Source: Octopus vulgaris (taxonomy: Eukaryota). Taken from it: a stretch of 64,000 bases of DNA. The position numbers were made by a program, and so were the translations under genes. The first letter of the stretch is position 1. Every line of letters starts with the position of its first letter. The notes below the pieces were generated by a model, which was given only the letters and a program-made list of their open reading frames with translations, had not been told where the DNA came from and made no database searches. The stretch spans positions 177,506,001 to 177,570,000 of the forward strand of contig OX597814.1 of NCBI GenBank assembly GCA_951406725.2, in the 5' to 3' direction. Shown here in pieces: positions 38,621 through 52,470 of this stretch.

Positions 38621-38674
<54 letters not shown>

Positions 38675-39048
38675 CATGTACATGTGTCATTTATATTTAA
38701 TTTTCCCATTATTATCATAGTTTTTTCGTTATATATATTTACCCTTCCCATAGCAGTTCCGTTAGACTGTTCGGTCTGCAGATCTTGTCTTTATTTTTAC
38801 TTGTCTCATCATGTTCTTCATGGTCTCTCATTTACATCCCAGTAACTTTTGTTTTGACGCCACTAAATTGAACAATATTATCAATAAGGCGTTGATACTG
38901 TGATGACTTTTGATGTGTAACTGATGATGAAGGAGCATGTCCATTTCCTTTGTGTGAAATTTTTTCTTTTTACGTATAGTCTTTCGTCGTCCTCCTCTCT
39001 CACATTCTACTATCACAGCTATGTACATACATACATACATACATATAC

Positions 39049-39099
<51 letters not shown>

Positions 39100-40147
39100 T
39101 ATGTGTGTGTATCAATTATGTATAGATGTATATGTATGTATATGCATATATATTATATATCAATTGTATATAGATGTATGTGTATATGTATGTAAATCTA
39201 TATCAGTCTATTCGTACATATATGTAAATATTTACGAATTACTACCTCTAGTAAACACACATACACACACTCGCGTACACGCACGCACACACACATACAC
39301 ACACACGTTTGTATTTGTATGTATGTATCATGAACAGAACAGTATTCACACGCTAGGTTGCGATTAAGCACATTAAATTAAGAAGAATGAAACGAGAGTG
39401 AATTGTTATTAATCTCAGCTTTCTGGGTGCCTGACTGAATAAATGTGTATAATTTTGCATTATTTTGTGCTTGTTTAGATATACTGATATCCACTTATGC
39501 ACCCCACGCGGTTGCGAGGTAGCTGTGTATTAATGTAAGGGGTTCAAGCTAACTTTATTGCTAATAAAATACGAAGAATTGTTACAAGAGAAATAAGGAT
39601 ACTGAAATGATAAAAATGCTAAAAAAAAAAAGGAAACGTGTGTTCATTTTGAAGTTTACGTTTCCTGTATTGGGATATGGCTTAGTTTTTCATGTAAATA
39701 ATTCTAATTATTCTTGGAATGAGTTAGCTATGATTTCATTCTTTGGCGCGAAATACTACTTGAAATAAAAATAAACATTAGAATATGAAAGTAAAAATGC
39801 GAAGACATTTGTTTTGGTATTTCCTATCATTTTTTGGGACCTCGTAAATATTTTTATGTTGGCAATAACGTATATGAGAGCAAGGAGTGACTAATTCTGT
39901 GTCTATCTCTGTATTTTCTATTAACAGCATTAAGTACTTTAAAGCAATAGCTTCCTACCTTAAATATGTACACTTAGTAAACGTTATTTAACAGGCCAAG
40001 TAGATATATAAATAGATATACATATGCAAACAGGGAAACAGTGAAACTCACAGATATCGAAACACCCACGCATGCACGCGCGAGCATATACTAGCGCACA
40101 AACGTGCCCGCGCGCACACAAACGCATATATATGTACACGTACATAT

Positions 40148-40417
40148 ATAAGATCATCCCATAAGTTCTGTACAAATTTTGAATAAAGAAAACAAGTGAT
40201 CAAATGTTATATTTAATTGAAATTTAATCATCAATGTACTTTCCCTGATTATCTATGACTTCCTTCAATCAGTTTACAAGCTTTTTAATCTCATCAATTT
40301 AAAACTCTTTTGGTTTCAAAGCGAAGAACTCTAAAATTTCAGTTTCGACCTCCTCCTGGCTTGCGAAGTTATGTCCCCCAAATGATTCTGTAAACTACGA
40401 AATAAATGGTAGTCTGA
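40148..40417 (-). pseudogene. Mariner transposase C-terminal relic and probable 3' TIR
   Basis: SDYHLFRSLQNHL.GHNFASQEEVETEILEFFALKPKEF*IDEIKKLVN*LKEVIDNQGKYIDD*. Confidence 0.88.
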
Positions 40418-40420
40418 TCG

Positions 40421-40468
40421 AAGCCTTGTGAGTGGATTTGGTAGACGGAAACTAAAAGAAGCCTGCTG

Positions 40469-40515
<47 letters not shown>

Positions 40516-40735
40516 GTGTATGTCTTTGTGTCTAATCTTGTCACCCTACCATCTCATGACAAATGATGTTCGTATGTTTACGTTCTCGTAACGTAGCAGT
40601 TCGACAAAAGATCCCGATAGACTAAATAGTAGGCTTACTAAGAATAAGTCCTAGTGTCTATTTCTGCGACTAGAAATCCCATTAAGGCGGTACTCCAGTA
40701 TAGCTGCAGTCAAATGACTGAAATAAGAAAAAGAG
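40421..40735 (+). mobile_element. SINE family A, 5'-truncated
   Basis: AAGCCTTGTGAGTGGATTTGGTAGACGGAAAC...(TA)n...AAGGCGGTACTCCAGTATAGCTGCAGTCAAATGACTGAAA. Confidence 0.8.
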
Positions 40736-40883
40736 TAAATATATATATTTATATAAGAATGTGTGTATGTATGCATGTATGTATGCATATGTATGTGTGT
40801 AGTATAGGTGTATGTGTATATAACAATAATAATAATAATGATGATGAATAAATAATAATAATAATAGACCTGATGCAGTACCT

Positions 40884-41440
40884 AATGCCCTGATGCAGTA
40901 CCAGACAGTGGCTCTCATGGCTTCTGATCTTAACTGATTGGAAGTGCTATCATGGACATTGTTTTGTCTTGGTATTAAAGATGGGCTACAGCAAATATTC
41001 TGCTCAATACCACAGATTTGCTTGTCAGTTGTTTGACCTTAACCAGTTGAGCATGTCCCTCAGTGGCTGACGATATGTGCATCTCTGATCATGAGCAGAA
41101 GTAGTGGGGTAGCATCATAGCCATGTGTTGAGAGGGATTCTTTGGGGTTTGAATAATTCACCTCTGGAAACATGGGTGTTTCATTCAACATCCTTAAACA
41201 ACCCTTAATCAGGGACCTTTTGAGTGAGATGGGTTACCCGACCAGAAGAAAATTCTAACTGGGCCCCACCCGCAAGGTCATGCGCTATTCATCTTGTTAT
41301 GAGATCACCATGTCGCGCACATATGGTTGTGATGCATGTGCCTGGTGTACCCTTTTCAGACGGGTAGTCATGATGGGTAGACTGGGCTTCGTATATTTTA
41401 CCCCAGTGTCACTTTGATGGCATGCACTGCTCTCTCACTC
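40884..41440 (+). mobile_element. Family G repeat embedded in (AAT)n
   Basis: Same ends as 10601-11137; the 5' CCTGATGCAGTACC is locally duplicated at 40869. Confidence 0.85.
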
Positions 41441-41514
<74 letters not shown>

Positions 41515-42480
41515 TATTATTATTATTATTATTTAAAACAATTTGATACAGAACCTATATCGTCAAGCACAGGTAGCCGAATGGAAAAGTGCATGAAGTC
41601 GAAGGTGCTACCAAAACTGGCCGCTATTTGTCTAGGCGTGTCATATGATTTTATTAGAAGATGAATCGAAATTCCAGCGACAACAGATACATTAAGAAGA
41701 AGAATGCAGCTAGTAGCGTCTCGCTGCTTGCCTGATTTTTGAAGGGCCTTGCGCGACATTGGAATCATGGCCGGTGTGGATGCGTGTGTGTGTGTGTGTG
41801 CGTGTGTGTGTGTATGTGTGTGTGTGCCCATCTATGTTTACCACGAGTATGAGTGCGGAGTGTGGGTATCTGATGCCTATACGTGTATATCTGCTACGTG
41901 TGCTCGCAAACTGGCGTGTGGGTGAGAGCAGGTGTTATCAGTTCACGGTTGCGTAAGAACGTGTTTGACAGGGTGTGTGTATATATTGGAGCGGGTACGT
42001 ATTAGCCGTATGTGAATATTCACATGTGCATAACGTGGGTGTATGTATCAGCTGTGTATATCAGCAATGTGTGTATCAGTTATGTGAGCGTGTGTGTGTG
42101 TGCGTGCGTGTTCATGCGCATCTGTACGTTCGAATACGTGTACATTTGTGTCTACTGTATTCCTGTCTGTTTAGGATACACGTATGTGTGTGCTTGGGTA
42201 TGGATGTTTAGTGAACGTGGCTATCTATATTCCAGTATTCTTACGTGTATATTATGAATGGGTGTGCGTTTATCTGGATGTACAGATGCGCGGGTGTGTT
42301 TTTGCATCTATATGCGTGGTTCCGATACTTGAGTGTGCGTAAGCGTGATTAGTGCATGCTATTATAGTTGCAACAACATTGCGTTGGATTTGGGTTTGGT
42401 AGTGTTAGGAGGAGAAAGAGAAGAAAAGCATACATGTATACATGTGTATGTGTGCATATGCACACACTCACGATCGTGAA

Positions 42481-42709
42481 GACAAGCTGGCAGAACCGTT
42501 AGCACGCCGGGCGAAATGCGTAGCCGTATTTCGTCTGCCGTTACGTTCTGAGTTCAAATTCCGTCGAGGTGGACTTTGCCTTTCATCCTTTCGGGGTCGA
42601 TAAATTAAGTACCAGTTACGCACAGGGGTCGATGTAATCGACTTAATCTGTTTGTCAGTCCTTGTTTGTCCCCTCTATGTTTAGCCCCTTGTGGGTCATA
42701 AAGAAACAG
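42481..42709 (+). mobile_element. SINE family D, near full length
   Basis: GCTGGCAGAACCGTTAGCACGCCGGGCG...GAGTTCAAATTCC...CTTTGCCTTTCATCCTTTCGGGGTCGATAAATTAAGTACCAG...AGCCCCTTGTGGG. Confidence 0.85.
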
Positions 42710-44089
42710 ATTGTGTGAGGTTACAGGGGATGCCTGACTCTGGAAGGTGAGCATATGGTCTGCGAAGGCATCGGCGGTTAGGTTCCATGCCCTTGGTTGT
42801 GAGACTTGAAGTTCATTAGAAGGTTATACGTCTGATGGCAGCTATATGGTAGTTCGTATTTCCTGGTGATCTATACTGCAGATTGGTGGAGAATATGCAG
42901 TCTTTTGTGTAGGCAGAGCTGGCAATTGCAGGTGAGTAAGGTGGGGTCCTGCCGATGACGGTCTATTCGATGTCGGGTGAGTAATTCCAGATGTTGCGAT
43001 AGTATACTCTTTATCTCACCTTTCGATTCGCTATTTGGCTTTTGTAGTTAAATTTGCCTGTGTAAGAGTGCATTACATAGTCTGCGATAACTTGAGATCA
43101 ACTGCTGACAGGTTTCTCTCCATGTAGGACACTGCGACAGTGGAAAATAGTTAAATAATAGATTTCGAAATCGTCTGAGTCCTGGAAGGTACATAAACTA
43201 ATCGACACATGGTTCGCAATCGAAATAATATTGTCAGTTAGATATATGTGTTCATATATTGTCTGACAACTTAATATATATTTAGCTTGATGTCTGTATG
43301 TATGTATGTATGTATGTATGTGTGTATGTATGTATGTATGTATGTACCAATCAATCAATCTATCTATCTAACTCTTTATCTATTTCCGTGTGTATGTATG
43401 TATCTATGTATGCAATGTACTTATGTATGTATTTATGTATTTATACCTTATATGTATGTAAAAGAGGTAATTTGAAACTGAAGAGTACTAAATATGCAGC
43501 TTGCTAGCTAGTCAGCATTTCGATCGACTGCTGTACTATAAAACAGTCACTCATTTTTATTTCATAGCAATATAAATATTATAGATGAGGGAAAAATATG
43601 AGATTATACGTAGGAAATAATCTCCAATTATTTTAAGTGAGATTTCCCCGAGGAGAAAACAATACCAAATCACATTGATTAGATAGGACATTACTGAGGA
43701 AAAATATGTGAGCAAATTACAGAAGAAACAATAAAAATACGGCTACTGTTAATAAAGACAATATTTAACTTCTCGACAGCTGTTTGAAAAGACTTCGATC
43801 ATTAAATTCCGTCTTATGTATTACAATAAGTGACGTGGCCTGATAGAAAATGTATGGAATTGCTTGGTATTTCGTTGTAATTTTACAGTAGGAACACTTT
43901 ATCCTACAAAGCTTCAGTTCTTTCAGATATCAAGGGAATAAAATAGATATCATATAACTCTGATTCAATATCGGATCAGAGTTCACAGTCGGTTGACATA
44001 GCTATCACACTGATTAGCATCAGACCACTGTCCACAAACCAGTTCAGCGAGCACTCAAGGGGATATGTATATATATACATATGTGTGTG

Positions 44090-44245
44090 TGTCTGTGTGT
44101 GTGCGGGCGTGTTTGTGTATAGACGTACATATACATATATGTGCGTGTATGTGTTTCTGTGTGTGTGTATGTGTGTGTGCGGGCGTGTTTGTGTATAGAC
44201 GTACATATACATATATGTGCGTGTATGTGTTTCTCTGTGTGTATG
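44090..44245. repeat. ~75-bp tandem duplication of a GT-rich unit
   Basis: GTGTGCGGGCGTGTTTGTGTATAGACGTACATATACATATATGTGCGTGTATGTGTTTCT occurs twice. Confidence 0.85.
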
Positions 44246-45392
44246 CCAGACACAATCTGATTCATCAGCACACCAAAGTTTACAGTCATTTCATTTAGCT
44301 ATCACATTACAATAGATACCACTCCTCTTTGGTTCACTCTAAGACCACAGTCTGCAAAGCAGTTTACTTAGGTGTCAGAGTTTTTAGCTATCAGGCCATT
44401 CTGTCAGAGCATCCAGCGATTGTCTATGAGTTGGATCTGATACTACAGTAAGATCCCGGTGTTCACTGATGCGTGCACCAGCCCATAGCTTGTCACACCC
44501 AGCAAACACAAATGGTCACAAGGTGGAAATTTCCCTTAGTCACGAGAGATTTACACAACATATATTGGGATTATATAAATTTGGTGATTTCAAACGTAAC
44601 CCGATAAAGGCTGAACTAGAGCTAAAAAACAATTAGTATTGGCTTCTTATCGGTTCCATTTCTTAGTGAAAATAATTTCTTGCTATATTTAGACCACTAA
44701 TGATAACATGACGTGATTTCTGATAGTAAGGATATCACATCAATTTGTATTTTTTGCTTAAAATATTGACATTTTATGTTCAATGAAAAGAAAAAACCAA
44801 TATTGGTTCAGGAAACATTATGACGCCGGAGAAAATGGCCTTATACTATCTAGTTTTGCGTTTTCTTTGTTGTTTTTTTTTTTTGCATTATGTCAAGTAT
44901 AAACCATACAGGAGGATTGAAATTGGTCTTTTATTTCGAGGCTGGTAAATTAAAAGTAATAGTAGTCGAGTAGGTGACTCAGTGAAAGATACATATCATA
45001 GGTAAAAACAAAACAAAACACGAAAGTGCATAATGTCTGATCAAACAGTAATTATATTAAAGTTATCCACATCATCCTAGTCAGTAATGGAATTGATACT
45101 AGTGAGGATAATTTTGTTTCTCACCAAGCTAAGCTAGGGTCAGTTGTCTTTTTAGAGTGTGGCACAAGACAAGAATTAACTACATTTCTGCTGTCTGATA
45201 TCACGATTAAGTTTAAAGATTTTGAAATAACCACCTAAATCCTAAATTAAAAGACCCCTTAAATTTAGAAGACTGAAATAGGTGGGCATCCAATCTATTC
45301 GGAAATAAATTGAACAATGAAATATCTATGATTGATTTTTAACTGGAACTGTAATATCAGGGGAATTGTGTGTGTATATATGCGTATATAAA

Positions 45393-45444
<52 letters not shown>

Positions 45445-45448
<4 letters not shown>

Positions 45449-45643
45449 AGAGTTTACGAAAAAAACAAAAGACGAAGACAGGTGGTGTACAAAACAAACA
45501 GATGTATTAGTATAGCGCTCAGGAATAGAAAAAGTATTTTACGTTTCGAGCCTACGCTCTTCTACAGAAAGGGACACAGAAAAAACAAGGAGAGAGACAA
45601 GGAGAGAAAAAAATGTGTGTAGTGGCTAACGATCTATCATGGC
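45445..45643 (-). mobile_element. Family F HHR repeat; HHR at ~45535-45572
   Basis: Minus strand TTT-CTGTAGA-A-GAGC(GTAG)GCTC-GAAAC-GT-A-AAA; (TA)n on both sides. Confidence 0.75.
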
Positions 45644-46636
45644 ATATATATATCTGTGAGTGTGTGTGTGTGTATGTATGTGAATACACGTGCGTATGTA
45701 TATATGTACAAATATTAATATATTATGTATGTGGGGAAAAGGTTTAATGAATGTTGTATACGATATAGTATTAATTTTTTAAAAGTATGAATTATCAACA
45801 TTGAAAGTAAACAAGAACCTAGCGGTGATTGTTAGCCTCATCGAATACAAAAGGGGAGATAATTTTTATAAGCTACGAATATTTTTTGATGAATTAACTT
45901 GTGAAGTTAATAAATTTGGTTATGGTTTCAGGACCAAGAAACAGTAATGGACACATATTTCCACATCAATAGACTTTACCGTCATTGCTTTGTACTTCAC
46001 GGTTCCGAACAAGAATATGTTTATTGTTATAAATACAAAAAAATTTTAAACAACTTTGGCCAAGGTTCATTTACGTAGTGAAAGTGAAGAGAAACTAAGA
46101 GAAATTATGCACACAGGAATTCATCGAAAAAATATTTTAAAAAAAAGCAAAAAACAATAGCAAAAGTAAAGATCTGAAAGAATACTTAATGATACGAAAA
46201 GAAAATAGAGTGAAATGCGACAGTGATATTCAATGGTTTAGTTACTATTTTAGTCAGAAATTTGCGTAGCAGGGTCGATGCAATGAATCCAAAATTAAAG
46301 TAAAAATATTTCAGAGATAAGGAACGCAAAATACGCCTAGTGTTGATTGTAAGCTCGTCTGAATTTAAGTTTCAAGAAATTAAGAATAGTTCTTCATATA
46401 TTAATATGATAAGGGAAATGGACAATTTCAACAAATGTACTGAGTGCTCTTCTTCATTCAAGCATTCGTACCCAGTACACCCATCATAGACACAAACACA
46501 TACACACTACGTATGTATGTATAGTTCTATTTTGGAAGAAAAATCAAAATATCTCAATAAAGGACACACAAACACACACGCATATGTAAAAACATATGTA
46601 AATGCATATATAGATATATACGTGTGTGTATAATAT

Positions 46637-46692
<56 letters not shown>

Positions 46693-47276
46693 TGAATATG
46701 CTGGTTAGTATGTGTACATGTAGATAAATATGTGTATATATTGCATAGAAAAAGAATCATCGAGAAAAAAATATGTGAAAGAATGTTTAATGGTATGAAA
46801 TGGAAATGGAGTGAAGAGAGAGGGTATTTGTCAAGGATGCTGTTAATATTTTAGCCAGGATAATGTAGAGATGATCTGCCGATGGTAAGTCAGACAGCAA
46901 TAAGAAGAGTGCACTTGGAAACCTTGGAGCAGTTGAATAGGAATATACATAAAGATTAAGAGCAAAGATGATCACACAAGCTGTACATAGATCACTGCAT
47001 GATACAGAGTGAAAGGAAAAAGAATTGTGTGTAAGATTGTGATTGAATGACATAAAAGTCGGTGTGAGTGTGTGTGTATGGCGGGGGTGTGACTGTGGGA
47101 AAGAGAGAGAGGGGAGAGAGAGAGAGAGAGAGAGAGAGGAAGAAATATTACTAAGTGTTACGAAACAAAATGAGCGAATTCCAGAAAGTAGAAATAGGGA
47201 GATATTCCCACGCACGTAGACGCGCACATCTACTCACAAGTGTACATGAACACACACATGTACATATGTACCATAT

Positions 47277-47395
47277 ACTCTTTTACTGGTTTCAGTCATT
47301 TGACTGTGGGCATGCTGGAGCACCGCCTTTAGTCGAGCAAATCGACCCCAGGACTTATTCTTTGTAAGCCTAGTACTTATTCTATCGGTCTCTTT
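47277..47395 (-). mobile_element. SINE family A, 3' fragment
   Basis: GTTTCAGTCATTTGACTGTGGGCATGCTGGAGCACCGCCTTTAGTCGAGCAAATCGACCCC. Confidence 0.8.
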
Positions 47396-47421
47396 ATATA
47401 TAATTAGATAGATAGATAGAC

Positions 47422-47490
<69 letters not shown>

Positions 47491-49254
47491 TGTATGTATA
47501 TGTGTGAAGCAAACGATTACAGCATTGAGGCATAATAGCCATTCAAAAACACACAAAGACTGTTCCCTTCATCTCAGCATTTATTATATGGTATGAAATC
47601 TTTTGTTGATGTCTCGATTAAGCTGCATCTCTGCAGATGCAGTAGAGTCTGCTACTCAGTTGCTTGTTGGAGCAATGAAAGTTTTGACACAAAAATATTA
47701 ATACTGATGTGAAGAGGAAATAAAGTCCTCTTTCATCTACGTGGGAGTGAAGGGGGATAAATGGTCATAGCCACACCAAAGACAGCGAGGTATTGGATAC
47801 AGTGATCATGAGTGGATATCTCGAGAGACAGGAGGGCTGTCTTCTGATCTGTGGTAGTTGTTCAAAAACAAATTTGATTTAGAATTAAAAAAAAAAAGAA
47901 GAAAATTATGCGTCCGTTATTACTGCAGCTGTTGGAAGATCATAGATGCTTGCGCCCAAGACAGAAAAAAGTCTGACATTCTGTAGCATTCTCGTTCATA
48001 TTGGTATACGAATATTGAACTTGGGTGGAAGAAGTCGCATTCCTCTGGTCATACTTGCGGCTGTCAGTTGTGATGCACACCAACCCGGCAAACATAATAC
48101 ACACGTACACACAAACATATACCACTCTGATAAAAAGTACACACACACACACGCACCTACACATATGTAGACACACTCAAATAGAACACCCACGCACACA
48201 CGCACACACACACACACACACATAAACACGTTTTTTGTATTTCCCAGAGAAAACACACACATATACACTTACACGCAAATACACACCATTATTTATGAAT
48301 CATAAATATGAACCTCAAAATACCGGCCAAAACTACTGAACCATAACAAAACCAGCTCACCAAACAAGACCTTCTTTGCTCCACAACTGTTTGAAAGCAG
48401 AACAATCGCGTACTACCTTTTGATCATGTGACTGCCATCAACTACCCACACTGTTTTTAAAGTGAAAGCGATTCTAAGCCACATTTAAGAAAAAAAAAAG
48501 AATTATCTTTTAATCACGTGACTGTCATCAACCAACCGTATTGTTTTTTTCAAAAAGAAGGCAATTTTGAGCCACCATTTCTGTATAAAACAGTAGTAAC
48601 TGTCAAATTCCATTCAAATGCGAAACCCTACACCCAGATCCGAGAACTATAAATGGTCTGTTATTTCTCTACTCACCATTTTTTTGTTCAGCTTAAAATG
48701 TTACAAGCAATTATGGCTTCTGTTCACAATGAGACTAAAACTCTAGTACCCACTGATTGACAAACCGGACGCGTTTTATCTTGTCAAAGATTCTGATACT
48801 TGATTTAGATATATTTATGTAAAGTAATTTTATCTTCTTATCATTGTAAAAAAAATTATTACCTGATCTGAATGTTTATATGTAAACTATTTTTTGACTT
48901 ATCACAGAAGATAAACAATGACTCAAGCCTTTTCTTATTATTAAGGACTATCACTTGATTTGAATACATTTATGTAAACTCATTTTTGACGCCACAGAGG
49001 TTTCACAAAACCTCATTTTTAAAAAAGATTTTCAAAAGTAAAGTAAGTGAAACCGGTTAAGTTGATAGAGAATTTAAAAAAAAAACACCTGCATTTTAAG
49101 ATTATTTTCCTTATATATATACGCGTAGACGTTATGTTCTGTTTTTCCACTACCAAATCTCCCTATATCTCTGTCTGCCTACCTGCCTGCCTACCTGTCT
49201 GTCTGTTTATCTATCTGTATGTATGTAGGATGTAACTATATACACATTTATGTA

Positions 49255-49302
<48 letters not shown>

Positions 49303-49821
49303 CCTGCATATTTGATTTTATATGTGAGTGTGTGTGTATACTTATCGAAAACAGAAAATGGTGACCGCAGCTAAAATGTTTCAAGAATTACATAACAAAA
49401 CCAAGTAAATAGAAAGGAAAAAAATATGAAAGATATCGAAAATATGAAAAGAGGTAGAGAGAATTTGGGAATCTATGTAGGTGAGTAGCAGGGGTCTTGG
49501 TGTCGGTGGGAGTTGTGTGGTATTGGTCTTCATATCAGCGATGTTGGTATCAATGGTGGTTATAGTGGTGTTGGTGGAAGTGGCGTTACTATTGGCAGTG
49601 TTGATTATTGTTAGAATTGGAAGAGAAAGAAAGATAGGAAGAGTGACAAAAAAAAAAAACATAAGAGAATTATAAATAAAGAAGTGAGACAATAATAAAA
49701 TAAGAAAAAAAAAAGCAACTCGGAAAAATATTCGAAGAAAGTATTGGGAAAGAGACAGATACATAGAAAATCATTATAGACATATGCATTGGTAGAAATG
49801 AAACCTGAAAAGTATATATAA

Positions 49822-49853
<32 letters not shown>

Positions 49854-50165
49854 CTGTGTGTGTGTGTGTATGTATGTATACATATATATATATATATGTA
49901 TTTATATACATGTATATATATGTATGTATACATATATATATATGTATATAAATGTATGTATACATATATATATGTATACCTACATACACACATATATATA
50001 TACATATATATATGTATACCTATATATATATATACATATATATATGTATACATATATATATGTATACATACATATATATATGTATACATACATATATATA
50101 TGTATACATACATATATATATATGTATACATACATATATATATGTATACATACATATATATATGT

Positions 50166-50228
<63 letters not shown>

Positions 50229-50237
50229 TATATGTAT

Positions 50238-50302
<65 letters not shown>

Positions 50303-50500
50303 CTTTATTTAAAGCAGCAGAAAATTCAACAAAACATGTTACTCTGAGTATAGGGAAAGAGACAGATACATAGAAACGGCAACGGGAAACTCAGAGTAAC
50401 AGGTTTTGTTGAATTTTCTGCTGCTTTAAATAAAGCATATACACTGGTATTTGAGTACTCTTTTTTCCACCTTGTTTCACGTTTATGTGTTTACTCCGGT
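50303..50500. mobile_element. Inverted-duplicated repeat in (TA)n, probably a PLE-type tail
   Basis: 47-bp inverted arms at 50303-50349 and 50389-50435 with one mismatch. The PLE assignment is inferred from the architecture. Confidence 0.6.
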
Positions 50501-50992
50501 ATATATATATATATTTATATATATGTATATATATATATAATATGCGTGTGTGTATAGGCAAGTAAGATTGACAAATCTAGAGCCAAAATGGCAAAAAAAG
50601 GCAAGTTCGAAAAGAATATAGACATATTGAGGATAAAACAATAATGAAACAGATAGACATATCAACATGGTGAGATATGTTTTTAGAAAGGGGAAAGTGA
50701 TAAGTGAGTAAAAATATTGTGAAAAAGATATGGTATTTGATGGTGAGGATGATTGGGTTGGTGTTGATGGAGGTGGTGTTGCTTGTGCTGTGTTGAAATT
50801 TCGTTAGAGAGTCAAAGACAGAAAAGGAATTAAAGAAAAGGAAAGAAAAAACAGGGAAGGAATATGGATGCATTCGACTTTATGCCATATCTAAAGAAAC
50901 GTGAAATCGGTGATCTTCAAAAGAAGCAGCAAGAATTCGGAAAAAATAGATAGGAAGAAAGAAAATCAACAATACTAAATATACATACATAC

Positions 50993-51023
<31 letters not shown>

Positions 51024-51808
51024 AAATGGTAAAATAAGAAAAGAAGCTCTAAAATGCTTTCATTTTCACAGAACAATTGAAAATTACAGAACTCTGGCGT
51101 CGACTGTGTCGTTTTGCTAGCCAAAATGTCGGCATTTTTTTAGCGTTACTCATAGTGCACTCCGTTTGTAAGACAAGAAACAATAATAAAATAAAATTAA
51201 AAAGTCGGATCAATGGGAATATTCAGTTTAGCTTTGGGAACCTTAACCAGCTAGCTTCGTTATTTACTTGGTGAATCACAAGGAACTACAATAACGTTAT
51301 AGTTCCTAGAGAACGTAATCTCTGACCTCAGGAAATACAAGAAAATGCTAAGATGCCAACTCTACCTGCGTACACCATTCATCTTTCTCAGCTACATTCA
51401 GTCATGTGAGTAACTAACATGCCCTATTTCTCAAAAGAATCTGCAGTTGAACTATCAACTTTTATTTAGCAAACATCTGATCAAGGATTTCCAATCGAGA
51501 CAAAGGCGTATATTTTCAGATATAGGTTATCTACAATAAGCTTGAAATACTCTATTGAAAATGACGGCCCTGTATGCTTTGAGATATATGTGGCTGCTAT
51601 TTCTCGCATATCGTGGGACCACATAGAAGCTCTCCCTACTCGCTTGTATTTTTAGAGTCGATTGGATCTAATCGAAAGTTAATGAAGTGCCTTGACCACG
51701 ACCGAGATCAGGCGTTGATGACATGATTAAGATAGCAAAATTTTGCACTGCCTTGTTTGCTATACTGAGCTACTGGTAAGCAAGCAACCACCCCCACCAC
51801 ACACGCAT

Positions 51809-51845
<37 letters not shown>

Positions 51846-51847
<2 letters not shown>

Positions 51848-52025
51848 CACCGTGATCACCGTGACCGACCAGGCTATTAGATGTTGCTACACATCGCTGG
51901 TTACTATGCGCTTCGCATTGTTTCATCCTTCAAATGACGCCACCCCGCTGGATGAGCGAGCAGGTCAACAAGAAAGAGTGAGAGAAAGTTGTGACGTAAG
52001 AGCACAGCAGGGATCGCCACCACCG
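51846..52025 (-). mobile_element. SINE family B short form, 3' part
   Basis: ATCACCGTGATCACCGTGACCGACCAGGCT...ACAGCAGGGATCGCCACC, next to (TA)n. Confidence 0.8.
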
Positions 52026-52149
52026 CATCTGTGTGTGTAATATATGTGTGTGTATGTGTGCACATGCGCATGTATATTGAATAAATAATACTGATTGCAA
52101 TGTCAACTTGAAATAAATCCTTAATTCTCAGTGCAGACCTAACAAATGT

Positions 52150-52470
52150 GAAGACGCATGGCTTAATAGTTAGGGTAACAGGTTCACGAGCGTGAGTTCG
52201 ATTCCCGACGACGCATTTTGTCCTTGCGCAAGACACTTTATTTCACGCTGCTCCAGCCCGCTCAGTTGGCAGAAATTAGTTGTACCTGTATTTCAAAGGG
52301 CCAGGCTTGTCACATTCTGTGTCTCGCTTAATCTCGCTGAGAACTACGTTCAGGGTACCGTGTCTGTGGAGCTGTGGAGTGCTCGACCGCTTGCACGTCA
52401 ATTTCACGAGCAGTCTGTTCCGTTGAGCGGAAGAACTGGAATTATCGTCGTCGTAGCCGACGGACTACCA
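52150..52470 (+). mobile_element. SINE family C copy
   Basis: GAAGACGCATGGCTTAATAGTTAGGG, B box GAGTTCGATTCCC; colinear with 18331-18645. Confidence 0.8.

Noticed and set aside
48410-48580. Duplicated TCA(C/T)GTGACTG(C/T)CATCAAC motif as a regulatory E-box pair
   Set aside because: It is more simply an internal ~90-bp duplication, and there is no linked gene to support a regulatory role.
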